IMG/VR virus record: IMGVR_UViG_3300044635_001982
Span: 1-57,989 of that record
Direction: 5' to 3' (one strand)
From: a virus
Lineage: Duplodnaviria > Caudoviricetes
DNA length: 57,989 nucleotides
In this document: positions 29,439-39,111 of the stretch, in pieces
Layout: each line of letters starts with the position of its first letter
Numbering within the stretch: position 1 is the first letter of the stretch
Notes under the pieces: model-generated
Seen by the model: only the letters and a program-made list of their open reading frames with translations
The model's database searches: none
What the model was told of the DNA's origin: nothing
Position numbers and translations under genes: made by a program

Positions 29439-29900
29439 TTACACCGCTCCTACGGCGGCGTCAAAGATCGCCTGGTCGGCGGCATCGGCGATGCCGTCGC
29501 CGTTGAAATCGCCGTGAAACCAATCCGAGCCGGGCATAGTGTCGCGGACCCATTGGTCAGTGGGAGTGAGGTAGCCGTCGCCGTCGTTATCCCCGTTGAT
29601 CGAGGGCCACACCACCACGTCGCCGATTTCCAGAACCTCTCCCACGAGCGCTGGGACGGTGTCGAAGCTCGCTCCGACGGCATCCAGAACCGCCTGATCC
29701 ACGACGCAGAAGCCGGAGAAAGGCTTAGCTGCGTCGCCGCTCGTGATGGCGTTGGCGGGGTTGGCGCTCACGTCCGCCTGTCGGGCCGCGTTGGCGGCGG
29801 CGAGCTTGGTGATGAGGGTTTGTTTGTCCATCGGGGCAAAGCGGCAGATGAGAGGGGTTGTGAAGCCGCTAATGATGTTGGCGATGTTATTGGTGATCAT
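29439..29900 (-). CDS. Protein with dockerin/EF-hand-like Ca-binding repeats
   Basis: GDNDGDGYLTPTD and GDFNGDGIADAAD; the start may be the internal ATG (MDKQ...). Confidence 0.6.
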   Translation of the reverse strand: MITNNIANIISGFTTPLICRFAPMDKQTLITKLAAANAARQADVSANPANAITSGDAAKPFSGFCVVDQAVLDAVGASFDTVPALVGEVLEIGDVVVWPSINGDNDGDGYLTPTDQWVRDTMPGSDWFHGDFNGDGIADAADQAIFDAAVGAV

Positions 29901-29920
29901 GTTGGTTGGTTGGTTGGTGG

Positions 29921-30589
29921 TTAAACTTTCTGCGCGCGGATATAGGTGTTGCCGGGCGTCCCGTCGTTATCCACGGATCCCGTTGCGAAAAAGGTCACAG
30001 GATCGGCAGAGGACGCGATCTGCGCGCCCTTAAGGGTGATGGTCCCGCCGCCTGAGGCCACGCACCATCCTCGCCACTGAAAGTTGATAATCGCCCCAGA
30101 GACATTGCCGAAAAAAATCGGCGCTCCCGTGGTCAAAAAGTCTTGGCTAACCCCATTCGTCCATCCCTCGACGGTGTTTATTACTGGCGTTGCAAGCTCG
30201 TCTTTTGAAAGGGCGAACCCTCCCGCCAGAGCTTCCGCGCATTGGACTTTGATGTTGCACAGACTGCTGTCGTCCTGCACCCGAGTTCCGATCTCCGTCC
30301 AGTAGGTTGCTCCGGGCACAAGGCCCGTTAGTTGCAGCACCGTGGCCAGAGTCGTAGGCGTGCCAACTCCTTGGACAAAAACCACATCGTCGGCGGTGAG
30401 GCGGACGGCGTGAAAGCCAAGCAGGGCTAGGAACTGCGTGGAGTCGCCCTGGCGGAGCAACTCGGCGTCGAGCAGCGGGATGCCGTCCTTGCCGGCCAAC
30501 GCGCGGGCGATGACGGCGACGGGCGGCTCGCCGGCGGGCAGGGTGTGCTGGAGGCGGAGGGCGTCGGCGCGTTCGTCGATGGAGAGCAT
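29921..30589 (-). CDS. Putative tail fibre / receptor-binding protein
   Basis: Beta-rich C-terminal domain with visibly lower GC and different codon usage from about 30420 downward. Confidence 0.5.
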   Translation of the reverse strand: MLSIDERADALRLQHTLPAGEPPVAVIARALAGKDGIPLLDAELLRQGDSTQFLALLGFHAVRLTADDVVFVQGVGTPTTLATVLQLTGLVPGATYWTEIGTRVQDDSSLCNIKVQCAEALAGGFALSKDELATPVINTVEGWTNGVSQDFLTTGAPIFFGNVSGAIINFQWRGWCVASGGGTITLKGAQIASSADPVTFFATGSVDNDGTPGNTYIRAQKV

Positions 30590-30590
30590 G

Positions 30591-30863
30591 TCAGTAGGCG
30601 GGTTTGGGCTGGCGGTAGGCGAGGACGGCACCGCTGGCGAGGGTGATGCTGGTGATGCGCGGGATGCGCACGGGGACGCCTTTGGGGAGGGTTTCGCCGG
30701 CGAGCGCGTTGCCGGTCACGGCGTCGGAGACGAGGGCGGTGATCTGGCTGTCCTCCAGCGGGAGGATGAGGCCGAAGAGTCCGGTGTGGGCGGACGTATT
30801 GGTGATGACTTCAACGCCGTAGGAACCGGCGGCGATGTTGGCGAGTTCCTGTTCGGTTTGCAC
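30591..30863 (-). CDS. Small virion protein (90 aa)
   Basis: Beta-rich, ends ITLASGAVLAY; class-L motif upstream. Confidence 0.6.
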   Translation of the reverse strand: MQTEQELANIAAGSYGVEVITNTSAHTGLFGLILPLEDSQITALVSDAVTGNALAGETLPKGVPVRIPRITSITLASGAVLAYRQPKPAY

Positions 30864-30920
30864 GAACAGCGCGGGCTACGGGCGCGCGGAAGTTGGGCAA
30901 GCGTTATTTTTCCGGGAAAA

Positions 30921-31026
30921 GTTGAGTGTTGAGAGTTGAGTGTTGAGAGATGCGGACCGCGGGGCCGGAAATTGGCGCGCTCCGCGCGGGGTTCATTCAC
31001 TCAACACTCAACTTTCAACACTCAAC
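30921..31026. repeat. Inverted pair of GTTGAG[AT] heptamer arrays
   Basis: Four units at about 30921-30949 and the reverse complement at about 30998-31026. The same arrangement occurs at 31339-31440. Single arrays at about 23216, 23883, 33847, 51555, 54599, 55699, 56676 and 57018. Confidence 0.9.
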
Positions 31027-31326
31027 CTTTTCTCCGCCCCACGGGCGCTCGATGATCGCGCTGCCGTCGTCGTGGGCTTTGAGCTGGGCGCGGAGGCGGG
31101 CGTCCAATTTTTCCAGAAACTCGCGGAGCAGCTCGGCCTGCTCGTGGGCGGTGACGTGCTCGCAGCGCTCGGGCGCGGGTTTGGTGCGGTCGCGCATGCC
31201 GGTGCGGGCCTCGGAGCGCATGCGCTCGATCTCGGGGAGGATGTGGTTTTTCCAGACGCGGTTTTCGCGGAGCGCCTTGAGGTCGCGGAGATCGGCGTCG
31301 AGTTCGGCGGCTTCCTGGTGGGTCAT
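31015..31326 (-). CDS. Small helical protein downstream of the portal
   Basis: 103 aa; typical position for a podophage head-assembly accessory gene. Confidence 0.6.
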   Translation of the reverse strand: MTHQEAAELDADLRDLKALRENRVWKNHILPEIERMRSEARTGMRDRTKPAPERCEHVTAHEQAELLREFLEKLDARLRAQLKAHDDGSAIIERPWGGEKVEC

Positions 31327-31428
31327 GGGGCGGGGAAAGTTGAGTGTTGAGAGTTGAGTGTTGAGTGAAGGAACTGCGCGCGGAGCGTGGTGAAAATGGC
31401 CAGGCGGCGGACTCTCAACACTCAACTT

Positions 31429-31791
31429 TCAACACTCAACCTCCCTTCCTCCCAAGTGAGCGCGGAAGATGGCGCGGAGGACGAGGCGGCGGGCTCGGGC
31501 GTTTTCGGCATCCCAGAGGCCGCGGGCGTGGAGTCGGGTGAGGGCGCGTTCGTCGGCGTCGATTTCGAGCAGGAGGTGGGCGAGCCTTCCGGCCAGCGGG
31601 ACGCGGTGCAGGGCGAGCCAGAGACGCCAGAGCCGGGAGCGCGTGGCATGCTGGCGGGCGTGGGCGCGCTCGTGCTCGGCGACGTATTCCGGCGGATGGC
31701 CGATGAGGACGATGCACTCCGTCTCCGGGTCGTAGTGGGAGGCGCGCCAGGAGGCGAACCAGATGTCATCGGCGGTTTCCCGCGGGCTCAT
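31429..31791 (-). CDS. Small zincin metallopeptidase-like protein
   Basis: HERAH (HExxH) plus downstream EIDAD; ATGA-coupled to the portal. Confidence 0.65.
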   Translation of the reverse strand: MSPRETADDIWFASWRASHYDPETECIVLIGHPPEYVAEHERAHARQHATRSRLWRLWLALHRVPLAGRLAHLLLEIDADERALTRLHARGLWDAENARARRLVLRAIFRAHLGGREVEC

Positions 31792-33839
31792 GCGGCGGGC
31801 GGATCCTCGGCGCGGGTGGTGGCGTCGGGGATGACGTTGGTGGGAAGGGCGGGCGGCTGCGCGGCGGCGGCTTCCCCGCCGGCGGGCGAGGGTTCCGCAG
31901 GCTCGGGCGCGACCGGGAGCGGCGGCGGCAGCTCGGGCAGGCGGAAGATTTCCTCGGCGCTCTGGATGTCCGCGCCTTTGGCGACCTGGATGAAGAGGGT
32001 TTGCGCCGCGGCGGCGACGCCAGCGGTCGGCAGGCCGGAGACCTGCAGCGTCTGGATCCACGTCGGCAGGATGCTGGTGATGATGAACTGCGCCTGCTCG
32101 CGCTGCTCCTTCATCTGGAAGCGCGTGAGCAGCAGGCGCACGTTCATGTCGAGCTGCGCGAGCACCTTTGCGGAGGCGAGGGAAAGGACTTCGCTGGCCG
32201 CGCCTTCGAGGTAGCGGAACGTCTCGTCCTTGTTCTGCTTCGCGTAGAGCGTCTTGAGCCCGAAGAGCACGGCGGGTTCGTAGCCGTCCTTCAAATCCTC
32301 GGTGAGCATCCGGTGCAGAGTGCTGGCGCTTTGCAGGATCGACGAAACGCCGGTCGCGGTGCTGGCGCTGGGCAGCGCGGAGTAGTCGCCCTGGGCGGCG
32401 CTGGTCACGCCGCTGTCCGTCTGGACGAGCTGCATGAGGAGCTGCATGAGTTCCCAAGTGCGCTGATCGAGGTCGGGGAAATCGACGATCTGCAGGGCGT
32501 CCTTGGCCGTCTTGCCGGGGCGCAGCGTGTAGATGAAGCCCGGCGTGCGGATGAGGCGGGTTTCGCCGGCCCGGCCCTGCTCGGTGGCGTCGCCCTGCCA
32601 GAACTTCACCGGATCGGAATTGTTCTCGTTTTTGTAGAGGATGCAGTTGAGGAGCGAGTCGATGAGCCCCTGCGCGCCCTCGTAGAGTTTGTAGAAGCCG
32701 CGGCCATACCAGCGGCCGGGTACGCGATTGACGGGGATGGCGTGGAACGGGAGATGGCCGCGGACGGTGATGTTGGCGCGGTAGTCGAGGTAGAGCGGTT
32801 CATCAATGCCGCCGGCCATGACGAGGTAGATGTTGCGCCCCACGCCGTCTTCAAACACGTCGTAGTTTTGCAGGTAGATTTCCTGCACGCGGACGTTGGG
32901 GTTGTTTTGCAGATGCTGGCGGCCGGCGCTGACTTCGCCGTGGGTGGCGCGGGGCTCGTCCTCCTTGCTCTTTGGTCCGTCGGGCTCGGTGGCGAGCAGC
33001 TCGAAGAGGGCCGCGGTGTCCTCGTCGTCGTGCCCGTAGTCGGCGCGGAGCTGGCTGACGGTGCGGGAGAATTCGTGGCAGACGGCGGGCGCGACATCGA
33101 GCGACGGCACGTTGAGCGGGGCGATGAAGGCGTCGAAGCGGACGTTGGCGACATCGAGACCGTGATAGGTCTCGGACTCCTCCTCGATGAGCACCTCGCG
33201 AAATTCCGTGGCGTCGGACTCGATGACCTCGGGAGCCTTTTCATAGACGAGCGCGCCGTCGTCGTCGGCCACGGTGCCATCCTCGGGGCGGATGTAGTCA
33301 CCCTCCGGTGTGACCACGGGCTTGCCGGTCGCCTTGTCCACGAGGACGAGATCGAGCGTTTCGTAGCGATCGACGGCGGTGCGGTGGGTGGTTTTCAGGA
33401 TGCACTCGCCGAGATCGATGGCGAGGCCGATGCCTTCCTTGCCGTGCTTGGTGTATTCGGCCTGGCCGAGTTTCCAGGGGGCGTGGCGGTTGATCTGGCC
33501 GGAGAGGGCGGCATCCTCCATGCCGCCGACGGGGGTGACGCCGAACCACGGCTTGCTGCCGAAGATGTCCTCGCCGCAGCGCGCTTTCATAAAGCGGGTG
33601 ACGTTGCGCACGAGATTGAGCGAGTGGTTTCCGCTGAGATCGAAAATGCGCTGGCGGGTCGGGTCGCCGCTGAGGCGGGAGGCGTAGTCGGCATTGGCCT
33701 GGCGCTCGAATTCGCGGCGCTCGGGGTAGTAGCTGGCATCCATCTCGGCGCGGTATTGCTCGATCATGCTCTGGGCATCGGCGACGAGGCGGAGCTTTTG
33801 CTCCTCGGTGAGGCGGCGGGAAAGGGCGGAGGGCTTCAT
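31788..33839 (-). CDS. Portal protein
   Basis: 683 aa; NLVRNVTRFMKAR, PFH...VPGRWYGRG and SGVT...QG...TATG motifs of podophage-type portals. Confidence 0.85.
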   Translation of the reverse strand: MKPSALSRRLTEEQKLRLVADAQSMIEQYRAEMDASYYPERREFERQANADYASRLSGDPTRQRIFDLSGNHSLNLVRNVTRFMKARCGEDIFGSKPWFGVTPVGGMEDAALSGQINRHAPWKLGQAEYTKHGKEGIGLAIDLGECILKTTHRTAVDRYETLDLVLVDKATGKPVVTPEGDYIRPEDGTVADDDGALVYEKAPEVIESDATEFREVLIEEESETYHGLDVANVRFDAFIAPLNVPSLDVAPAVCHEFSRTVSQLRADYGHDDEDTAALFELLATEPDGPKSKEDEPRATHGEVSAGRQHLQNNPNVRVQEIYLQNYDVFEDGVGRNIYLVMAGGIDEPLYLDYRANITVRGHLPFHAIPVNRVPGRWYGRGFYKLYEGAQGLIDSLLNCILYKNENNSDPVKFWQGDATEQGRAGETRLIRTPGFIYTLRPGKTAKDALQIVDFPDLDQRTWELMQLLMQLVQTDSGVTSAAQGDYSALPSASTATGVSSILQSASTLHRMLTEDLKDGYEPAVLFGLKTLYAKQNKDETFRYLEGAASEVLSLASAKVLAQLDMNVRLLLTRFQMKEQREQAQFIITSILPTWIQTLQVSGLPTAGVAAAAQTLFIQVAKGADIQSAEEIFRLPELPPPLPVAPEPAEPSPAGGEAAAAQPPALPTNVIPDATTRAEDPPAA

Positions 33840-33894
33840 CGGGAAAGTTGAGAGTTGAAAGTTGAGAGTTGAGTGAAGGAGGGGGAGGGGGCGG

Positions 33895-34170
33895 TCATTC
33901 GGCTTCGTCGTCCTTGTTTTCGCCCTCGATCTCCGCGCGCATCCGGGCGGCGGTCTTGGCGCGCTCGCCGGTCATCCATTCGTCGATCGCGCCGAAGCTG
34001 GCGTACCACTGGCCGGCGGCGGCGGTGTGGACTTGGCAGGTGGTGTCCGGATTGCGGGCAGTGGCGAAGATGCGGACGCTATCGAACCCATGCTCATGAA
34101 GCTGGGCGGCGTAATGCTCCAGGAGGGCGGAGACCTGGGCCTCGTCGGACGGATCGAAGGTATCGGCCAT
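33895..34170 (-). CDS. Hypothetical protein (91 aa)
   Basis: Class-L motif upstream; first gene of the head operon. Confidence 0.65.
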   Translation of the reverse strand: MADTFDPSDEAQVSALLEHYAAQLHEHGFDSVRIFATARNPDTTCQVHTAAAGQWYASFGAIDEWMTGERAKTAARMRAEIEGENKDDEAE

Positions 34171-34370
34171 TCGCCCGCGCCAGCTACGGGCGGGGCGGGG
34201 TTAGGCAAGCGGGAAAGTTTTCCGCTCCGCTGCCAGCCGACTTTAATCTCTTCTGAAAATCCTCTGGTGGCACTTGGCTCGAATTGCCAGGTAGCGAGCG
34301 CGCTGACCGGGATCGACGATGGTCACCAGTTTGAATGTTCTCCCTTTCCTACCGCAGCATTCGCACCGAT

Positions 34371-36071
34371 TTACCGCGTCGCGGCCTCCGTCGTCTGGCG
34401 TTTTTTCTGGAGCATTTTCCAAAGCGGGTAGTCGATGGTGCGGCGCCCGAGCATGAGCCAGGCGGTGACGGATGAACTCTGGCCGATGCGATGCACGCGG
34501 TCAATCGCCTGATCGAGCAGCGCGGGCGTCCACGGCAGTTCAAGGACGAGGACGTTGCTCGCCGCGGTGAGGGTGAGGCCCACGCCGCCGGCCTGCAGAT
34601 TGGCGAAGAGCAGCGGCATCGCGCGGTCGCTTTGGAAGCGCTCGACCGCCGCCTGACGGCTGGCCGCGGGCGTGTCGCCGTCGATGATCGGCGTGCCGGG
34701 GAAGGCGGCGGCGAGCGCGGCGAGGGTTTCCCGGTGCCAGGCGAAGACCACGAGCTTTTCGCCGCTGGCGAGAAAGTTGCCGATCCATTCCTGCGCGGCG
34801 TCGAGCTTGCCGCGGGCGGCGATCTGCCGGAGCGCGTTGAGGCGGACCAGTTCCTCGGCCTGCGCGGCGCGGTCGGCGGCGTGCTGGGCGCGGTGCAGGA
34901 CGGCCATGATCTTTGCCTCCTCGTCGAGCCCGTGTAACAGGGCGCGGAATTCCGGGTCGCGTCCGGCGCGGGCGGCGATCCAATCGAGCACGTCGCGCTG
35001 GGCGAGGTCGTATTCCGCGCGCACGGCAGCCGGGAGATCGACGGGCAGCCGGGCGAGGCGTTTGGGCGGCAGCTCGGGGAGCACGTCGCGTTTGCGCCGG
35101 CGGACCATGCACGTCGCCCGCAGCCGGGCGGCGAGTTCCGCGAGATTCGAGGAGCCGGTGTAGTCGCGCACCATGATCTTTGCCACCGCTCCCCGCTGGC
35201 GGCGCTCCACGTCCTGCGGGCCGCAATAGCGTTCGCGGAAGTGCTCGAAGCCGCCGAGGTCGTCGAGCCGCCCGAGGATGCAGAGCGGGGCCAGCAACTC
35301 GGCGGCGCGGTTGAGCACGGGCGTGCCGGTGAGCAGCAGCCGCACGTCCACGCCGCGGCGCAGTTCCTTGGCGGCGAGGGTGCGCTGGCTGTCGTGGGTT
35401 TTGAGCAGATGGCCCTCGTCGAAGACCACGCCGCGGAGATCGAGCGTGCGCAAACCGGTCACATGGTCCGGCAGGAGATCGTAGCTGATGAGGATGATGT
35501 CGGGCGTCCGGTCGAGGGTGTCTGGCAGTCCGGCGATCATCACCGCACGATGCGGGAGCCACGCGGCCAGCTCCTGCTCCCAGTTCAGCAGCAGGCCGGC
35601 GGGAGCGACGATCACGGCGGGAAACGCGCCGAGGCTTTCGAGCGTGGCGATGGCCTCGACGGTTTTGCCGAGCCCCATTTCATCGGCGATCAAACAGCGG
35701 CGCGCGGCCACCGCGTAAGCCACGCCGGCGCGCTGGAAGGGCAGGAGCGTGCCGCGCAGCGTGGCCGGCGGCGTGAAAGCGGCATCCTCCGCGCGGGAGG
35801 CGCTGATGGTCTCGCGCACGGCGGAGAAAAGCCGCTCCTGCGCGGTGGCCGCGGCGGACGCGCCCGCGAAGCCGTGGGCGCTGGCGAAGGCTGTGATCGC
35901 GCGGATGTTCGCCGCGCGCACCCGCACCGTGAAGGCGCGCAGCGTGCCATTCCACGTCACGCCGGGGATCGTCTGTTTCAGATCGTCGATCAGCTCCTGC
36001 TCGAACGGAAAGCGGAATTGCGCCTGGCCTCCCGGCGTGAGGGTGAGCGTGCGCGCCGGGGCGATGTTCAT
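34371..36071 (-). CDS. SNF2/SMARCAL1-like helicase
   Basis: ADEMGLGKT, DEGH, LTGTP, GVGLTL and QAIDRVHRIGQ; HARP-like N-terminus (FPFEQELIDDLKQTIPG). Confidence 0.92.
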   Translation of the reverse strand: MNIAPARTLTLTPGGQAQFRFPFEQELIDDLKQTIPGVTWNGTLRAFTVRVRAANIRAITAFASAHGFAGASAAATAQERLFSAVRETISASRAEDAAFTPPATLRGTLLPFQRAGVAYAVAARRCLIADEMGLGKTVEAIATLESLGAFPAVIVAPAGLLLNWEQELAAWLPHRAVMIAGLPDTLDRTPDIILISYDLLPDHVTGLRTLDLRGVVFDEGHLLKTHDSQRTLAAKELRRGVDVRLLLTGTPVLNRAAELLAPLCILGRLDDLGGFEHFRERYCGPQDVERRQRGAVAKIMVRDYTGSSNLAELAARLRATCMVRRRKRDVLPELPPKRLARLPVDLPAAVRAEYDLAQRDVLDWIAARAGRDPEFRALLHGLDEEAKIMAVLHRAQHAADRAAQAEELVRLNALRQIAARGKLDAAQEWIGNFLASGEKLVVFAWHRETLAALAAAFPGTPIIDGDTPAASRQAAVERFQSDRAMPLLFANLQAGGVGLTLTAASNVLVLELPWTPALLDQAIDRVHRIGQSSSVTAWLMLGRRTIDYPLWKMLQKKRQTTEAATR

Positions 36072-36115
36072 TTTCTCCGCCTCGAATGAGGCGGGAAAAA
36101 GTGACAGGGGAGGAG

Positions 36116-36400
36116 TCACGGCAATTCCCTCCACGCCTTTTCCATTTCCTCGCGGACAGCGCACTCGGCGGCAAAGCATTCCATGCCGTTGCGCGCCCGG
36201 CGGATGCGTTCGACGTGCCCGAGTAATCTTTCAAACGTCTCCTGATCTATCGCTCCGGTTTCCACCGTGGCGCGGAGATGGTCGTCGAGCGCGTCGATCT
36301 TGGCGCGCAGTTGCTCAGACGCCTCCGACAGTTCCGCCGCGGTCTTGCGCGCGTGGAAAATCGCCGCGGCGCGCTTTTCGATGTGTTCCAGGGTGTTCAT
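36116..36400 (-). CDS. Hypothetical coiled-coil protein
   Basis: Abuts the upstream gene; 94 aa. Confidence 0.6.
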   Translation of the reverse strand: MNTLEHIEKRAAAIFHARKTAAELSEASEQLRAKIDALDDHLRATVETGAIDQETFERLLGHVERIRRARNGMECFAAECAVREEMEKAWRELP

Positions 36401-36679
36401 TCAGCGGCCCTCCTTCGCGCGGAGTTTTCCGGTGTAGGCGCGGGCGGCGGCGAGGAACCGCGTCCGGCCCGCATCGCCGGCGCGCAGGGCGTAGGCGGCG
36501 GCGGCGCGAATGATCCTCCAGTTCGTGTTTGGACCGCCCTTGGCGAGCGGAGCTTTCGGGTGCCAGGGGCTGACTCCGGCGCAGTAGTCGAGGAGTCCGG
36601 TGGTGCCGAGTTCGGTCAGGTCGATCTCGTGCGAGTGAAGGGCCGGCGCGGGGCTCGGCGTGTCATTTGGTTCTTTCAT
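36401..36679 (-). CDS. Hypothetical protein, leaderless start after a class-E motif
   Basis: MKEPNDT... starts 5 nt after TGTGGTCT. Confidence 0.6.
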   Translation of the reverse strand: MKEPNDTPSPAPALHSHEIDLTELGTTGLLDYCAGVSPWHPKAPLAKGGPNTNWRIIRAAAAYALRAGDAGRTRFLAAARAYTGKLRAKEGR

Positions 36680-36684
36680 CAACC

Positions 36685-36716
36685 AGACCACACAAACGAG
36701 CCCGGAAAGCGTCAAC
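36685..36716 (-). promoter_or_regulatory. Class-E promoter-like motif GTTGACG-N12-GTTTGTG[TG]GGTCT (4 copies)
   Basis: Copies here and at about 39712, 51594 and 55731, each 4-6 nt before ATGAAA. Confidence 0.7.
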
Positions 36717-36777
36717 TGGGGGCTGTCATGAAAGTGTCACGGATTTACCTGCTCGGCCCGCGAACCCTGATGAATAG

Positions 36778-36802
36778 TGGCGGAGGGGGTGGGATTCGAA
36801 CC
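36778..36802 (-). other. attP core: 3' end of a tRNA (Ser-like)
   Basis: The minus strand reads GGTTCGAATCCCACCCCCTCCGCCA (T-arm, acceptor strand and CCA). It lies beside the integrase, with arm-type repeats TGTCACGG at 36735, 36923 and 36933. Confidence 0.88.
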
Positions 36803-36951
36803 GACCCACGGGGATGCGCGGTTTTGTGAGCCGGTGCGCGTTGCGTAGGTGAATGGTGCGGAGTCGCGGAGGGATAGGGAATCACGCGGCGGCGATCATC
36901 CGCATATTCTGCCGCGTGAACCTGTCACGGATTGTCACGGGTTCCGTGACC

Positions 36952-38283
36952 TCAGAAGCCCATCGCGAGGTCGAGCTGTTGGACTTTTTCCGGGGTGGTC
37001 GGGATGATGGACCAATACTCGGGCACGCGGTCGGGGTGGACGACTTCGCGGTAGTCGCGCATGATCTCGGCGGCGCTGTTGCCCATTTCGAGGGCGAGCA
37101 AATCGACGCTGCCGAGGGCGGGGAGCCGGTAGGAGCCGTAGCTGTGGCGGAGTCCGTTGTCGGGCCGGTTGAGCTGCGGGAGGCGGTGCTTTTTTTGGGC
37201 GGTGTTGATCCGGGTGATGAGGGCGCTGAGGGCGCGGCTGAAACCCTTGTCGTGCGTGTAGGGGCTGGCGCGGCCGTGGAGGAAGCGGGCGCTTTCGAGC
37301 CAGGCGGCGAGCGCGGGCGAAATGGGGACGATGCGCCGGGCGGCGGTGCGGTGCTGCTTGGCGACATCGCCGCGGACCTCGATGTGGCCGTGCGGATAAA
37401 GCGGGTTGGGCAGCGGGGTGTGGCCGTCGGCATCGGGCAGGGCGGGCAGATGGAGCGAGGACCAGTCGAAGCGGTGCAGCTCGATGGTGCGGAGGCCGGC
37501 GAACGCGCCGAGGGCGATGAGGTGGCGCAGGGGCGTGGGGGCGTGGGCGAGGATCTTGGCGAGTTCCCACGGCTGGAAAATCTCGACGGGCTTGGAGCGG
37601 CGGTCGTCGGTGACGGGCTCCAATTTATCGGCCACGGTGCGGGCGTCGTCGGGGAGGTAGCGACCCTTGGCGAAATTGAAGAGGCGCACGACGGCGTTGA
37701 TCCAGTTGTTCTGCGTGCGCGGCGCGAGGCGGGGGAACATTTGCAACCAGCGCTCCAGGTCGGAGGTCTGCACGTCGCCGATGGGCATGCGCAAATGTTC
37801 GGCGAGATGCTTCAACGGGATGCGCAGGCTCTTGATCGTGCTGGCGGCGCGGCGCTTGCCTTCGAGGCTGGCGAGCAGTTCGGTGACGACTTGGAAAACC
37901 TCGGTGCGCGGAAGGCCGAGGCGGTGGCGTCGCCGCCATTCGCGCGCGGCTTCGACGATGCTCGTGCCGGGGCCGAGGATCTGCGCGGCTTCGAGGTATT
38001 CGCGGCAGATGGCATCGACGGCGCGGCCGGTTTTCGCGGCGGTTTCCTTGGCGGTGGTGTAGATGCGGCGGTCGAGCGCGGTGAGGTGGAGGGCGTCGAG
38101 GGCTTCGCCGCTGGTCACGGTTTTCGCGAGGCTTTTGCAATGCGCGCGGGCGGCGTCGAGGTCGCCTTTGATGGTGATGCGGGCGCGCTGACTGCCGACG
38201 TGGTAGCAGACGAGCGTGCGCGCGGTGCGTTTGCGCGTGAGCGGATAGAGCTGGAAACGGACGCCTCCGGCGATGTGGTCCAT
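36952..38283 (-). CDS. int: Phage tyrosine integrase
   Basis: AGLRTIEL, LRHSYGS and MGNS...Y catalytic motifs; adjacent to attP. Confidence 0.92.
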   Translation of the reverse strand: MDHIAGGVRFQLYPLTRKRTARTLVCYHVGSQRARITIKGDLDAARAHCKSLAKTVTSGEALDALHLTALDRRIYTTAKETAAKTGRAVDAICREYLEAAQILGPGTSIVEAAREWRRRHRLGLPRTEVFQVVTELLASLEGKRRAASTIKSLRIPLKHLAEHLRMPIGDVQTSDLERWLQMFPRLAPRTQNNWINAVVRLFNFAKGRYLPDDARTVADKLEPVTDDRRSKPVEIFQPWELAKILAHAPTPLRHLIALGAFAGLRTIELHRFDWSSLHLPALPDADGHTPLPNPLYPHGHIEVRGDVAKQHRTAARRIVPISPALAAWLESARFLHGRASPYTHDKGFSRALSALITRINTAQKKHRLPQLNRPDNGLRHSYGSYRLPALGSVDLLALEMGNSAAEIMRDYREVVHPDRVPEYWSIIPTTPEKVQQLDLAMGF

Positions 38284-38289
38284 GCGATG

Positions 38290-38712
38290 TCAGTTCCAGC
38301 CGAAGGGGCGTGGGGCGGGGCGGGGCGTTTTTTCGGCGGCGAGGTTTTGCGCGGCGAGGGCGAGGGAGGATTCGACGGGGGGCTGCTGGAAAATGTGGGG
38401 AGGTGCCGCGGCGGGTTTGGCTTGGGTGACTGGACGCGATGGACGCGATGGACGCGAGGCGGCGCGGATGGTCACGAACGCGGCGGCGGCGGTGAGCACG
38501 GTGGCGAGGCTGGCGATGAGGGCCGTGGAAAAATCGGCGCGCCAGCGCACGCCGGTGTCGCTGGCAGGAACCTTCCAAAGCCATTCGTGATACGCCGCGC
38601 TGCCTACCCAGCGGGTGCCGTCGTGGACTTCCATGACGATGGGCGGGTGGAGGAGGAAGAGCAGGACGAGCGCGGTGGCGGTCCAGACGATGAGGAGGCG
38701 GAGACGGTTCAT
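38290..38712 (-). CDS. Two-TM membrane protein in the lysogeny operon
   Basis: Two hydrophobic segments; ATGA-coupled to the repressor. Confidence 0.6.
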   Translation of the reverse strand: MNRLRLLIVWTATALVLLFLLHPPIVMEVHDGTRWVGSAAYHEWLWKVPASDTGVRWRADFSTALIASLATVLTAAAAFVTIRAASRPSRPSRPVTQAKPAAAPPHIFQQPPVESSLALAAQNLAAEKTPRPAPRPFGWN

Positions 38713-39089
38713 GGTTTTGGCGGGGACGATGCGACGGTTTTTTTGATGCCTCGGGTCGAGCGCGGGCGCGGTCCGGAGCGCGGGGCCGGTTCCGTTTCGT
38801 TGACGCGGGCGGCGGTTTCCCGATCCCGAGCAGCTCCTGCGGACAAACGAGTGGAGGGAGTGAAGGAGCCGTCCGCAGGCGCAATGGATGTCTCGCCGGC
38901 TGCCTTGAAAGGGTTTTTGACCGTGCGCATCTTTCGGCGCATGGCGATCACGGCGGTTAATTCCGTGACGATGAAATTGGAGCGGCTGCGGTTGGATTCC
39001 GTGGCCTCCAGATCAATGTCCTCCACCAGCTTTTTGGGAATGGAAATGCTGATCTGCGTAAAATCCGCGCTGCGTTTTCCTCTGGGCAT
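38709..39089 (-). CDS. Ribbon-helix-helix repressor (CI role inferred)
   Basis: TQISISIPKKLVEDIDLEATESNRSRSNFI is a CopG/MetJ-Arc RHH signature. Confidence 0.8.
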   Translation of the reverse strand: MPRGKRSADFTQISISIPKKLVEDIDLEATESNRSRSNFIVTELTAVIAMRRKMRTVKNPFKAAGETSIAPADGSFTPSTRLSAGAARDRETAARVNETEPAPRSGPRPRSTRGIKKTVASSPPKP

Positions 39090-39111
39090 GGCAGCACGCA
39101 ACAACATTTTC

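Noticed and set aside
34243-34370. Cys-rich minus-strand frame (RCECCGRKGR...) after the SNF2 stop
   Set aside because: No start codon or valid frameshift signal was identified; it may be a remnant.
36778-36802. tRNA gene
   Set aside because: Only the T-arm and acceptor 3' strand are present; interpreted as the attP core.
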